A stretch of DNA of 64,000 nucleotides from Octopus vulgaris (GCA_951406725.2 OX597820.1:53320001-53384000); one strand, 5' to 3'. Numbered from the stretch's first letter, positions 1 through 11,158 are shown. Program-made: numbers and translations. Notes: generated by a model not told the origin, from the sequence alone.

Positions 1-16
1 TGGAGAGCAGAATACA

Positions 17-19
17 TGA

Positions 20-59
<40 letters not shown>

Positions 60-236
60 AACACACAAACAAAACAGTGCCAGGGACAGTGTTAGTATGA
101 AAGGGAGAGGAAAAGACAGACATGCAAAGCCCAAAGACAGAGCGAGCGAGAAAGAAAGAAAGAATGGAAAAAGAAAGAAAGAAAGAAAAAAAGAAAGGAA
201 AAGGAAAGAAAGAAAGGAAAAAGAACGAAAGAAAGG
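17..236. repeat. (GAAA)n-rich purine low-complexity tract
   Basis: Direct GAAA/GGAA repeats; accounts for the K/E/R-rich pseudo-ORF 16..243. Confidence 0.9.
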
Positions 237-655
237 GGAGTGAATGCAAGAGTCACAGCTATGTGACTAATGTCTTCGTATAATTTCCAAATAGTTTAGG
301 ATTTGATATAATATTAAACAGTGTGGAATTGTCTGGGGAATTTCTGCTGGAACAGTTTTCGAACCTGTGAACTAGGATTGGAATATTTAAAGAAACATTC
401 GAAAAAATTGGAAGTTCGTAAGTGGTCGCTTAACAAAATCTCCGTCAAATATCCCACCAACAGTTATTTCTTTAAAAAGAATGTGCAAAGGATACAGTGG
501 CCCTGAGATACAATATACTAAAAAAAAGGACGACAAATAGACACAGGAAAGTCACGGGTGGAACAAGTTTGATCACGCCTCATCTTTATCAGCTCTGAAA
601 TGAGATGATTCAATGGCTGCTCTATAGAAATCCTATCTTAATATTTATGTTTACT

Positions 656-1010
656 AAGGCGGCGAAACGTTCTGAGTTCAATTCCGCCTAGGTCGACTTT
701 GCCTTTCATCCTTTCGGGGCCGATAAATTAAGTACCAGTTGCATACTGGGGTCGATCTAATCGACTGGTTCCCTCCGCCCAAAATTTCGGTCCTTGTGCC
801 TAGAGTAGAAAAGAATATTTACGTTTACTTTAAAGCGGCGAACTGGCAGAATCGTTAGCACGCCGGACAAAATGCTTAGCGGTAATTCGTCCGTTTTTTT
901 ACTTCTGAGTTCAAATAAATAAAATAAGTACCAGTTGAACTCTGGGGTCGATGTAACCGACTAATCCTCCACCCCCGGAACTGCTGGCCTTGTGCCAACA
1001 TTTGAAACCG
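656..1010 (+). mobile_element. Two tandem tRNA-derived SINEs (family A: GGCGGCGAGCTGGCAG head, GTCGACTTTGCCTTTCATCCTTTCGGGGTCGATAAATTAAGTACCAG core)
   Basis: Matches more than 10 other copies in the window; A/B-box-like head (GAGTTCAAATTCC); flanked and separated by the 15-bp target ATATTTAYGTTTACT at 641-655, 815-829 and 1011-1025. Confidence 0.85.
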
Positions 1011-1494
1011 ATATTTACGTTTACTCTGTTATTCTGTTATTAATTATGCATTCTAAGTTTCAATTCCAGCAATATAAACAGAGTCGGACACATCAGTACC
1101 TGTAATATTATAAGGGCCGATTTAATCAACTCTGTCGCATCTCTACATATGTTTGACCTAGTGCCGGAAAGAAAAACTAATTTATTTTGTCTATTTCTCA
1201 ACTTGTTTATATATCTCTTCCATCTTTCTGAGTCCAATTAACGGTTAAACGGAAGAAAATTGTGTAAACATTATGAATATTTCTCATTTTGTTTCATATA
1301 ACGGACACAGCCTTCGCCGCCACCACTACACACACACACGCACGCACACACACACACACACACACACACAATCTTCGTGGCTACGCCCATGCATAGACAT
1401 ATGAAATGAATGGTGTCTATTTACTATTGAGATACCTGTTTGTAAGTTACATAAATATATATACGTATGCATGTATATGTATGTATGAATAATT

Positions 1495-1530
<36 letters not shown>

Positions 1531-1576
1531 ACACATATACAGATTTATATATATATATATATATACACATGTACAC

Positions 1577-1608
<32 letters not shown>

Positions 1609-1696
1609 AGTTTAAGTACATATAAACTCAAACGCATGTCTAAACATAACTACACCTAATATAGATAGATAGATTGATATATATATATATATATAT

Positions 1697-1753
<57 letters not shown>

Positions 1754-2228
1754 GGTATGGAGGGAGGGAGGGAGAGAGAGAAAGATTGGATCATAGACTA
1801 GCAAGTATGTTAGTGCATGCTTGACTAGATAACTTTATCATCTGCAATGAATGTATATATCTTCAGTCCCATCATAATATCGGTGTCATGAGCGTTGCAG
1901 CACATAGGCACAGATTATTTATGATGTCATTACATAATTTTTCTTTTTTTATAACATAATTTGGTGATATTTAGACGTAACTTCGCCGGCACAGTACCAT
2001 GGCCATGGACACATAAAATGACCCTTTGTATATGTATATAGTTATCTTTGTGTAAATGTAAACGAGAATTTGTAAGGTTGTAAATATTTATCAAACAGAA
2101 TGTATTTCTTTTTATTACTATTTTGTAATCGTTTTTGGTGTCCATATTGTCTTTTAATCCTATAGTTCTTGTTTTTAATACAAGCTGTCCAAATGTTATA
2201 ATTTTTGCAGTTATTATTGTAATCTTTA

Positions 2229-2545
2229 TGGTGGCGAGCTGGCAAAATCGTTAGCAAGCCGGGCGAAATGCTTAGCAATATTTCGTCTGTCTTTGCGTTC
2301 GGAGTTAAAATTCCGCCGAGGTCGACTTTGCCTTTCATCCTTTCGGGGTCGATAAATTAAGTATCAGTTGCGTTTTGGGATTGATCTAATCGACTGGCTC
2401 CCTCTCCCAAAATTTCGGGCTTTATGCCTAGATGAGAAAAGAATCGTTAGCACACCGGGTGAAATACTTAGCGGTACTTCGTCTGCCGTTACGTTCTGAG
2501 TTCAAATTCCACCGAAGTCGACTTTGCTTTGCATCCTTCTGAGTC
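2229..2545 (+). mobile_element. SINE family A, full copy plus head-truncated second unit
   Basis: Same head and core as other family A copies; tail GAAAAGAAT runs directly into CGTTAGCAC of the next unit. Confidence 0.85.
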
Positions 2546-2604
2546 GTCTGCAAGCCGTGGTTGAAGCCAATGGCGATTTCATTGAATAAGATTATATATA
2601 TGTA

Positions 2605-3736
2605 CTAGCATTAAAGACCCGTCGTCGCCGGGTCATAGTACTAGTGCATGTATATATGTGTATATATATGTGTACATGTTACATGTACATCTATATATAT
2701 ACATCTACACATAAAATACAAAATACAATGTTATATCTTGATATCGCTAGTGATAACAATACTCAAAATATATAACAGACTGGAATTGTTAGCCCGTCTC
2801 TTGTAATTTCGAACAATTGTATCTTGTCCTCCCTCTTGTATAGAAGTGTGGCTATAATCCAGCCTACCTCTACTTCTGGGGGGGGGGGGGGTAATTTAAA
2901 TTTTTTCCGGGACGTCCTACGTCCCAGATATAAAGGTAAAAGTAAAATATTTCCACTTTGCAAGTTCGAGTCGAGTACTCCCTTGCACGCTCTGTTGACT
3001 CGAACCTTGCTTCTATTGTGGCGAATTTACCGCCTCTGATTAGATACCTTTCATAGTCGCACCAAGACACTTTTCGAAGGTGCTTTCCTCCATGTGTTCA
3101 AATCTTCTTTTTTCTCTACATTGTATACTTTAAAGACAATAGTCTTTTCTTCAATTTAATTTTTTATTATCCATTTGGACTATTCCATTTCTGCACGCTA
3201 ATCTTATTTTTAATTTATTCACATTCATGTGAAACCACTTATTCAAGTTCAAATCATTGATGCAATTTTATACCAATTGCTATTTTTACTTTTGTTATGT
3301 TACTTTAGTTTGATTTTAATTATTACTTACTACATATAATTCAATTGTTATTATTATTTTTATTGTTAAAGTGAAAGTATCTGACATAAAATAGTGGAGA
3401 AGATATGATATTGCTATGGGCTCGTTCTAGACAAGAAGTTGAACATTTTTTTTCCCAGGAAACTACATGGACCCTAAGTAAGGCATGTATAAAATTTGAA
3501 TGGAATTGGTTGTGTAGTTCTCAAGTTTTAGGGAATCATAGTGGAGAAGATACGATATTGCTGTGGGCTCGCCCTAGGCAAAAAGTTTTAAAAATTTTGC
3601 CGATGACACTCCCCGGATCCTAAATAAGGCATGTGTAAAATTTGAATGAAATTGGTTGTGTAGTTCTCAAGTTTTAGGGAAACACACAGACAAACAGACA
3701 GACAGACACACATTGTCAGTTTTATATATATAAAGA
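2605..3736 (-). mobile_element. Non-autonomous Helitron-like element with an internal 147-bp tandem repeat
   Basis: Minus strand begins A|TCTTTATATATATAAAA and ends with hairpin GACCCG-N7-CGGGTC (2616-2634) then CTAG|T; 5' end resembles the element at 47833; repeat units start at 3393 and 3540. Confidence 0.7.
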
Positions 3737-3847
3737 TATCTTTAGTTAAATATAATCAATGAGAATATTATATACTGTATTTATATCGAGTGCTCTATTG
3801 TATCAAACTATTAATACTATTAAAGTATTTATATATTTAATACGAGC

Positions 3848-3884
<37 letters not shown>

Positions 3885-4020
3885 TGAATTTAAAGACTCT
3901 CATCAAAAGCAGTAATTTTTAATTTTTTAATTTATAATTCATCTTTCAAACAAACGCCATTTATAGTGTTGCCTCAAATTTAAAAAGAAAACTACCATTC
4001 GATATGTTATACAGAATTCC

Positions 4021-4120
4021 AAATTATATCTCTGAAGAGCAGAAGCGTTGTCTATAAATGCTTATCAATATAGGATTTCATTATAGGGACAACACTTCTG
4101 TGAAACGATCGTAATATGTT
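4021..4120 (+). ncRNA. Hammerhead ribozyme-like motif (type I, long stem II) in a (TA)n-flanked Penelope-like remnant
   Basis: CTGAAGA (4032-4038), stem II GCAGAAG/CTTCTGT extended by GTTGTC/GACAAC, GAAAC-GATC-GTA with palindromic stem III; stem I imperfect. Confidence 0.6.
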
Positions 4121-4299
4121 TTAAATACTTAAAAACTTTTCAACTGTCATATACATTATATATTTATACTTATACATATTTACATATATTTTTATACATA
4201 TATATATATTTATTTATTTATATACTTTTAATACAACAATTATTTTTCACACGTGCATATCTTTCTGAGGAGTTTTGCAATTGATTTCTTAATATTAAT

Positions 4300-4436
4300 A
4301 ATAATATATTATTAATATATATATATATGTGTGTGTGTATGTATGTATTTATGCGTGTATGTATGTAAATATATATATATATATATGTATAAATATGTAT
4401 GTATATATATATATATATACATGTATACATATATAC

Positions 4437-4471
<35 letters not shown>

Positions 4472-4528
4472 CATATATATACATATATATATACATATAC
4501 ATACATATATACTTGACTGTGGGTGGGA

Positions 4529-4564
<36 letters not shown>

Positions 4565-4600
4565 GTGTATGTGTGTTTGTGTGTATATATGTGTGCATGC
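4300..4600. repeat. Compound (TA)n/(TACA)n/(TATG)n microsatellite
   Basis: Direct inspection; source of Y/I-rich pseudo-ORFs. Confidence 0.95.
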
Positions 4601-5140
4601 GTCTTTTTCCTATCGGGCCGACTGTCATCAATCATTTCCCTATCTGTATAGTTACAAACATTCACATCCCTACAAGAATACTTATAATAAGCAATTAATC
4701 ACCAAATAAACACATGTCATATAGAATTTCATATGGGGTACGTGTACACATATATCTATATAAACTACTACAGTTTTCAGAGTAAAATTATAAGATACGC
4801 TAAGAACCAACTCGGGGAAGAAAAAGAGAAACCGGTTCGCAGACTTCTTCCACCCACCCCACTCACTCTATCTATCTATCCATCTATCTATCTATCTACC
4901 TATCTTTGTAACTATATATGTCTACATACATACATATACATATATAAAGGCGTTGGTCTAGCATAGTCGCAGTCAAATTACTGAAAGAAGTAAAAGAACA
5001 TATATATATATATATGTCTGCATATATACATGCATATATATATACATATATATATATATGTCTACATATATACATACATATGTGTAAATTTATATATATA
5101 TATCTGTAAATATAATATGTGACAATTATTCAGAAGCAAT

Positions 5141-5201
5141 GATAAAACTCCGAGTTTCGGATGTCGGGGCGGAAACCCACGCCGCCATCTCTTCAGTTAT
5201 C
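5141..5201 (-). ncRNA. Type I hammerhead ribozyme motif
   Basis: Minus strand reads GATAA-CTGAAGA-GATG...CATC-C-GAAA-CTCGGA-GTT-TTATC: perfect 5-bp stem I, GUU triplet, one extra C before GAAA. Confidence 0.65.
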
Positions 5202-5508
5202 GGGCCATCGTGAAGTATATTAGCCACTTAAATGTGGCTGGCGTATATGGGACGATGCTACTGTAGTTTATAGTCCCTGGAGGACATCTCTTCTAGCTGG
5301 ATAACGACAAACTATCTGTGTCCGTTCAATATTTGCGAAGGGAAAAACCATAGTGATTTCGAACGCAAAATGCAAAAGGCAATTTACATCTCGCTCAGAG
5401 ATTATTATTGCTTGTTTCTCCTTTTTCAATATCAGCGACTTTTAGTGACTGGAAAATCATATAGTATTTTGCGTTCGAAATCACTTCTCATCCCCAGCCG
5501 TTGATTCT

Positions 5509-5553
5509 CACACGCTGATGACGGGTTACTGCCCAGAAACCGGGATCCGTGTG
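5509..5553 (+). ncRNA. Type I hammerhead ribozyme motif
   Basis: CACACG-CTGATGA-CGGG-TTACTG-CCCA-GAAA-CCGGG-ATC-CGTGTG: perfect 6-bp stem I, GGG/CCC stem II, AUC triplet; mismatches at the bases of stems II and III. Confidence 0.65.
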
Positions 5554-5800
5554 TATCAAGTCAGGCTAGAGATGGGAACGATGATTTTCCTTCGCAAATA
5601 TTGATCGGGCACAGACAGTGTGTCGCTATCCACCTGGCGGAGCTGTCTTCCTGACGCTATAGACTACAGTAGCATCGTCCCATGTGTGTTAGCCACATTT
5701 AGGTGGCAAATATACAAATATATTTCACGATGCTGTGCTGTTACTGTTTACATCTCGCTCAGAGATTTATTATCGCTATATATATATATATATATATATA

Positions 5801-7631
5801 TCCTTAAATCCTTAAATCCTTAAAAATGTTTTAGCCCGAAGGCCGCGGCCATACCGGGGCACCACCGCTGAATGAGCTACACTAATATGTGAATCCACCT
5901 CTGATACGTGGCACTTGATCAACAAGGGAGTTAGATGCTGCTGCCCGCATCTGCGTTTCCTGTCGTGAGGTAGGTTCATCTAGGACTCCCGACAAGAAGA
6001 GATCCAGTTTAGTTTTAAAGAAACCCACATCCACACCATGTAAGTCTCTCAGGCATTTAGGGAGGATGTTAAAGAGCTGTGGTCCTCTGAAACCCAAGCT
6101 GTTGCAGTATCTGGACCTGTATTTTTATGGTGATGTTGGAATCTTTGGCACCATTCAGTGGCGCACCGTTCTGCGGTTGGGGTAACTTTGAATGCCAAAG
6201 TTTGGGACAAAACCCTCCAGGATTTTCCAGATGTATATCACCGCATATCTCTCCCGCCTCTAGGGAGAAGAGGTTTAATACTTTCAGTCATTCACAGTAG
6301 CTGATATTTTGCATTGAGACGATTTTCTTTGTGTAGCTTATCAGAATTGCTTCGAGTTCTGCTTTTAATTTTATATTGTGTGGTGACCATAGTTGGGAGC
6401 AGTAGTCCAAGCGGCTGAGGATGAATGTTTTCCATAGGACCATCAGTATCTCCTTCTCTCTTGTTCTGAAAGTTCGGAGAATCGATCGAGCTAGCCGTCT
6501 GCATTTTATCACCAGATTAGTAATATGCACTTGGAAAGATGCATCATTGCTCATGTCAATGCCTAGGTCACGCACTGATTTTGACTCAGGGATTGCAATT
6601 CTTCCTGGGCCAGGGTATCCAGTCTGTACGTCGTATACCTTTGTGTGCCGGTAGCGCACGGCCTGGAACTTACCTGCACTAAACTGCATGTTGTTGTCCT
6701 CAGCCCACCTGTATATTGTGTCCAACTTCTGTTGCAGATGCGCAATATTTTCAGGGTTTTGTATTGTGTGGGAGACTTTTGTGTCATCTGCATAGCTAGC
6801 AAGGGTGGCCATCGTAGCAACTGAAGGCATGTCTGAAAGGGCCACTATGAACATCAGTGGCCCCAAGACAGTGCCCTGTGGGACACCGATTGTTATTTGT
6901 GTTTCCTTGGAGGTGGCTCCATTGCTCACAGCTGCCTGTCTTCTGTCTTTTAGGAAGTTGTGCAGCCACTCTCCAAGTTTTCCGCCAATGCCGAGACCAC
7001 GCAGTTTGTGACAGATCATAACATGGTCGACTTTATCAAAGGCTTTTGCAAAGTCGAGATATATTACATCCACATTTGAGCCATTTAGTAGCTGTTTCAA
7101 CACCCAGTCATAGTGTTGCAGGAGCTGTGTTAGGCAGCTTCTACCTGGTCGAAATCCATGCTGGGTGTCAGACAGCAAGTCATTTTCTTGGAGGAACATG
7201 ATTAGTTTCTTACGGACTATTCGTTCTATGACTTTGCTGATGTGTGAGGTCAGAGAGATAGGCCTATGATTTTTAGCATCTGCTCTGCTACCTCCCTTAT
7301 GGATAGGGCATATTAGCCCCTCTTTCAATTTGACTGGGAGCTTACCACTTGCAAGAAAGCTCTGACAAAGAAGCTGTAGCGGTTTTGCAAGGGCTCGTTT
7401 GCACGATTTGAGAAGGATCGCTGGGAATCCATCAGGTCCAGCAGCTGAGTTTGTGTCAATCTCATCTATGGCTAGTGTGATATCATCATCTTCGATGTTG
7501 ATGTACTCAATTTTTGCCTCTTTGGCCGCAGGTAAAGTGGCAAAGAATTCTTCTGGGTTGTTTACTTGCCTGTGTCCTAGAGGTGTAGGGAAAACACTTT
7601 GGAATTGTTCGTTCAGTATTTCACTTATCCT
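5801..7631 (-). mobile_element. 5'-truncated CR1/L2-group non-LTR retrotransposon (LINE)
   Basis: RT motifs in ORF 6288..7673; C-terminal FRGPQLFNILP..FKTKLDLFL fragment; short 3'UTR with hairpin and (TTTAAGGA)3 tail at 5801-5824 abutting (TA)n. Confidence 0.92.
5882..7631 (-). pseudogene. LINE ORF2 reverse transcriptase, disrupted near the C-terminus
   Basis: AGPDGFP, NHRPISLTS, QHGFRPGRSC, YLDFAKAFDKVDH, GVPQGTVLGP, YADDTK, RLDYCSQLWSP. Stop at 6288 and frameshifts precede YIWKILEG and the 5882..6097 fragment. The first ~14 aa of the listed ORF come from flanking DNA. Confidence 0.9.
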
Positions 7632-7736
7632 ATGCCACACGCTAGGAGGGACTCTTAATGTCAAAACTACCAAAATAAATAATGTTTATTTATTTTGGTA
7701 GTTTTGACTTTAAGATTCCCTCCTACCGTGTGGCAT
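7632..7736. repeat. Near-perfect hairpin: 51-bp arms (48/51 paired), 3-nt loop
   Basis: ATGCCACACGCTAGGAGGGACTCTTAATGTCAAAACTACCAAAATAAATAA and its reverse complement at 7686-7736. Confidence 0.95.
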
Positions 7737-8009
7737 TTATGTATAGTAATGCCCTCTATAAAATATGAATAACTATATTTAAGAGAAATACTGGTGAATT
7801 TTTCTTATGAGGTTTTTCACGCTAACTACATGATAAATTCTTATAAATATTTTATCCTATTTTTAAATTGTATATATATATATATATGTATGTATGTGTA
7901 TATATATATACATATATATGTATATATATATATACATATGTGTATATATACATATATATCTCTTTTTTTTTCTTTTTACTTGTTTCAGTCATTTTGACTG
8001 CGGCCATAT

Positions 8010-8408
8010 ATCACTTCTTTAACTTTCTAAGACATCTCAACGCTTCTAAAGCAAACTTCGTTTGTTTGTTTACGTTCATCGTAATTTGAATTTAAGATAT
8101 GATAGCGTCTCATAAAGCGAGATTTCTATACATCTTACATTTGCGCAAGATTTTGTGGTTTGGGCGGTTTAGCCTAATTATTCAGAACAACGCGACACGT
8201 AATCACGGAGGTGTGTGTTCGTGTCTCATAGCCGGCCGCCAACACTTTTTTCTGCAAAATACGGGTAGCTTATCCTGTTCAGGCTATATTATTAGCATTA
8301 TCCTCCCCTTTGAGAATTTAAAATCACTTCTTTAACTTTCTAAGACATCTCAACGCTTCTAAAGCAAATTTCGTTTGTTTGTTTACGTTTATCGTAATTT
8401 TAATTTAA
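8010..8408. mobile_element. 313-bp unit with 86-bp terminal direct repeats and an internal tRNA-like module
   Basis: Direct repeats at 8010-8095 and 8323-8408 (3 mismatches); GGCGGTTTAGCCTA...GTTCGTGTC...CCGCC (8163-8241) followed by T6. Confidence 0.6.
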
Positions 8409-9024
8409 CATTTATATATATGTGTATGTATATATATATATATACATACACACACAAATTACTACATAACTGTGTTTCCAATTTCACAACAGAGATTCTA
8501 TTAATCTATTAAATTTAGATCAAATTTAAATAGTCAAATCTATAGGTTTTCAGATTTTGTTCTCATTTATTTTTCGAAATATTTCTAATATTTCAATGTT
8601 TTGCATATAAGTGTCCATTCAATACATTCATTAATGACATTCCAAGCGTTGATTTAGATTTTGTTAAAGATTCATTATTCATTTAGGTTGTCTGATATAT
8701 AAGACACCCAGTTGTGATTTGTGAGAATTCTGGCTGCTACTTACAGCCTGCCGTACCAACTTGTAAAATTTCTTTTCACTGGTTTATTGTAGAAACATTA
8801 AAAGTGTCCAAGATATAATACTGGGCAATGGTGATCTATTCATCTGTAAACTGTCATTCGCTCATATTGTTTGTTAAATTCAGTTAGGAAATAATATCTG
8901 TGGCTGCTCTACTGTAATATTGTGTGACTCTGGTTCATTGTCTGTATTTTCGCTGCTACGAGAAGAAATAACTTCAGTTGGTACTGGTTGTAGTTATCGC
9001 TTTTGTTGAATGAATAGAACTGTA

Positions 9025-9030
9025 AAGAAG

Positions 9031-9123
<93 letters not shown>

Positions 9124-9164
9124 CAGCAGCAGCGGCGGTTGTGGTGGTGGTGATAGTGGTAGTG

Positions 9165-9222
<58 letters not shown>

Positions 9223-9366
9223 AAGAGTAGAAGAAGAAGAGTAGGAGAAGAAGAGTGGTAGGAGAAGAAGAAGGAGAAGAAGAGTGGGGGAGGAGAAGAA
9301 GAAGAAGAGTGGGAGGAGAAGGAGGAGGAGAAGAAGAAGTGGGAGGAGAAGAAGAAGAAGAAGAAA

Positions 9367-9399
<33 letters not shown>

Positions 9400-9437
9400 C
9401 AGTAGCAGCAGCGGCGGTGGTGGTGGTAGTGGTAGTG

Positions 9438-9468
<31 letters not shown>

Positions 9469-9612
9469 AAGAGTAGAAGAAGAAGAGTAGGAGAAGAAGA
9501 GTGGGAGGAGAAGGAGAAGGAGAAGAAGAAGAAGGAGGAGAAGGAGAGTGGGAGGAGAAGAAGAAGAAGAAGAAGAAGAAGAAGAAGAAGAAGAAGAAGA
9601 AGAAGAAGAAGA
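9025..9612. repeat. Compound (AAG)n/(TAG)n/(GGT)n trinucleotide array with higher-order duplication
   Basis: Block TAG-CAG-GGC-GGT-TAG-AGAAGAGTAGAAG occurs twice (~9060-9300 and ~9368-9560). Confidence 0.9.
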
Positions 9613-10143
9613 ACTCTGAGAGCTGCAGTTAAAAACAAGAAGAAAGAGGAGGCAGAAGTAAAATAAACTCAGGGCTAGATAGATATTGAATGACTTGAAA
9701 AGAGAGACAAGCTTTGGAAACCGATAAAATACAGAAGGAAAAAAAAGATCTGACGTTGGCAGCAAATACAATAAATAAATATTAATTTATTACCGAAAAT
9801 CTATTCACAAATTCACGCCTCCAACAATTCTGTTATATATAAAGGTAAATAAAATACGTATCTGAATGGTATGTGTAGCATAAGGACTTGTGAAGTTGGT
9901 AAAAAGAAGTGAATTTAAATAAAGACCAATATAGAATGAATAAACTCTATTACAAAGTGTGTATTGTTGTATCGTTTTAGCATCAAGCATTGTAGGGTGA
10001 TTGAGGTCCTATAAAGGAGCCTAACGCTAGGAAACTATTCACAGTTCTTACATAATAAATGCCTTGGCTAGTTGGTTGGTTCGTTGGTTGGTTCGTTGCT
10101 TGCTTGGTTCGTTGCTTTCTGCAGTCACGCTTTGCAACGTGTG

Positions 10144-10201
<58 letters not shown>

Positions 10202-10265
10202 TATGTGTGTGTGTGCGCGCGTGAATATATATGTATATATATATACATACATGTATAAATACATT

Positions 10266-10433
10266 GCGCAGGCATGGCTGTGTGGTGAGAAGCTTGCTTC
10301 CCAACCACATGGTTCACGGTTCAGTCCTACTGCGATGAAACTTGGATAAGGGTTTCCTGCTATACCCTCGGGCCAAATAAAGCCTTGTGAATGGATTTGG
10401 TTGACAGAAACTGAAACTAGCCTGTCGTATGTA

Positions 10434-10471
<38 letters not shown>

Positions 10472-10850
10472 TTTGTGTCTGTGTTTGTCCTCCCCATCAC
10501 CACATGACAACTGGTGCTGGTGTGTTTACATCCCCGTAACTTAGTGGTTCGGCAAATATGAACGATAGAATAAGTACCAGGCTTTTTATAAAAATAAGCT
10601 CTAGGGTTGATACATTCGGTTTAAAAATTCTTCAAGGGGGTGCTCCAGCATGGCCGCAGTCTGATGACTAAAAAGAAGAAAAAGAAGTGTGGCGGTGTGG
10701 TAAGTAGCTTGCTTACCAACCGCATGGTTCCGGGTTAAGTCCCACTGCGTCGCGGCTTGAGCAAGTGTCTTTTACAATAGCCTTGGGCCGACCAAAGCCT
10801 TGTGAGTGGATATGATAGACGGAAACTGAAAGAAATCCGTCGCATATAAT
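10266..10850 (+). mobile_element. SINE family B (tRNA head + CORE-like CCTTGGGCAAGTGTC + internal microsatellite + LINE-like tail), full copy plus second head
   Basis: Aligns with copies at 22601-23015 and 12668-13185. Confidence 0.85.
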
Positions 10851-11072
10851 ATGTGTATGTGTGTGTATGAATATATTTCTATTCAATAACAGCCGATGTC
10901 AATTATAAATATTGGATGGCTCGTTGTTTGATATCTCCAGTTAAGATTTATATAGATTCACTTCAAGTGAATCTAACGGTTTTTGTGTGTTTCTTAAATG
11001 GATTATAAACACCTTCCACATGCAAGATTTCAGATCAAGTAACTCGCTATGCAAGTACATCTCCGTAATATA

Positions 11073-11158
<86 letters not shown>

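Larger units (their letters stand above)
5118..5775. mobile_element. Fold-back Penelope-like/retrozyme-type element with two hammerhead motifs
   Basis: ~150-bp inverted arms (5206-5355 / 5578-5732), inner inverted repeat (5352-5371 / 5466-5485), hammerhead motifs at 5141-5201 (minus) and 5509-5553 (plus); homologous to 50573-51046; embedded in (TA)n. Confidence 0.65.

Noticed and set aside
4218-4709. Numerous Y/I/C/V/H/T-rich ORFs here and throughout the window
   Set aside because: Translations of (TA)n, (TG)n, (TATC)n and (TATG)n microsatellites.
8974-9771. 265-aa poly-Leu/Ser ORF resembling a membrane protein
   Set aside because: Product of trinucleotide repeats open in several frames.
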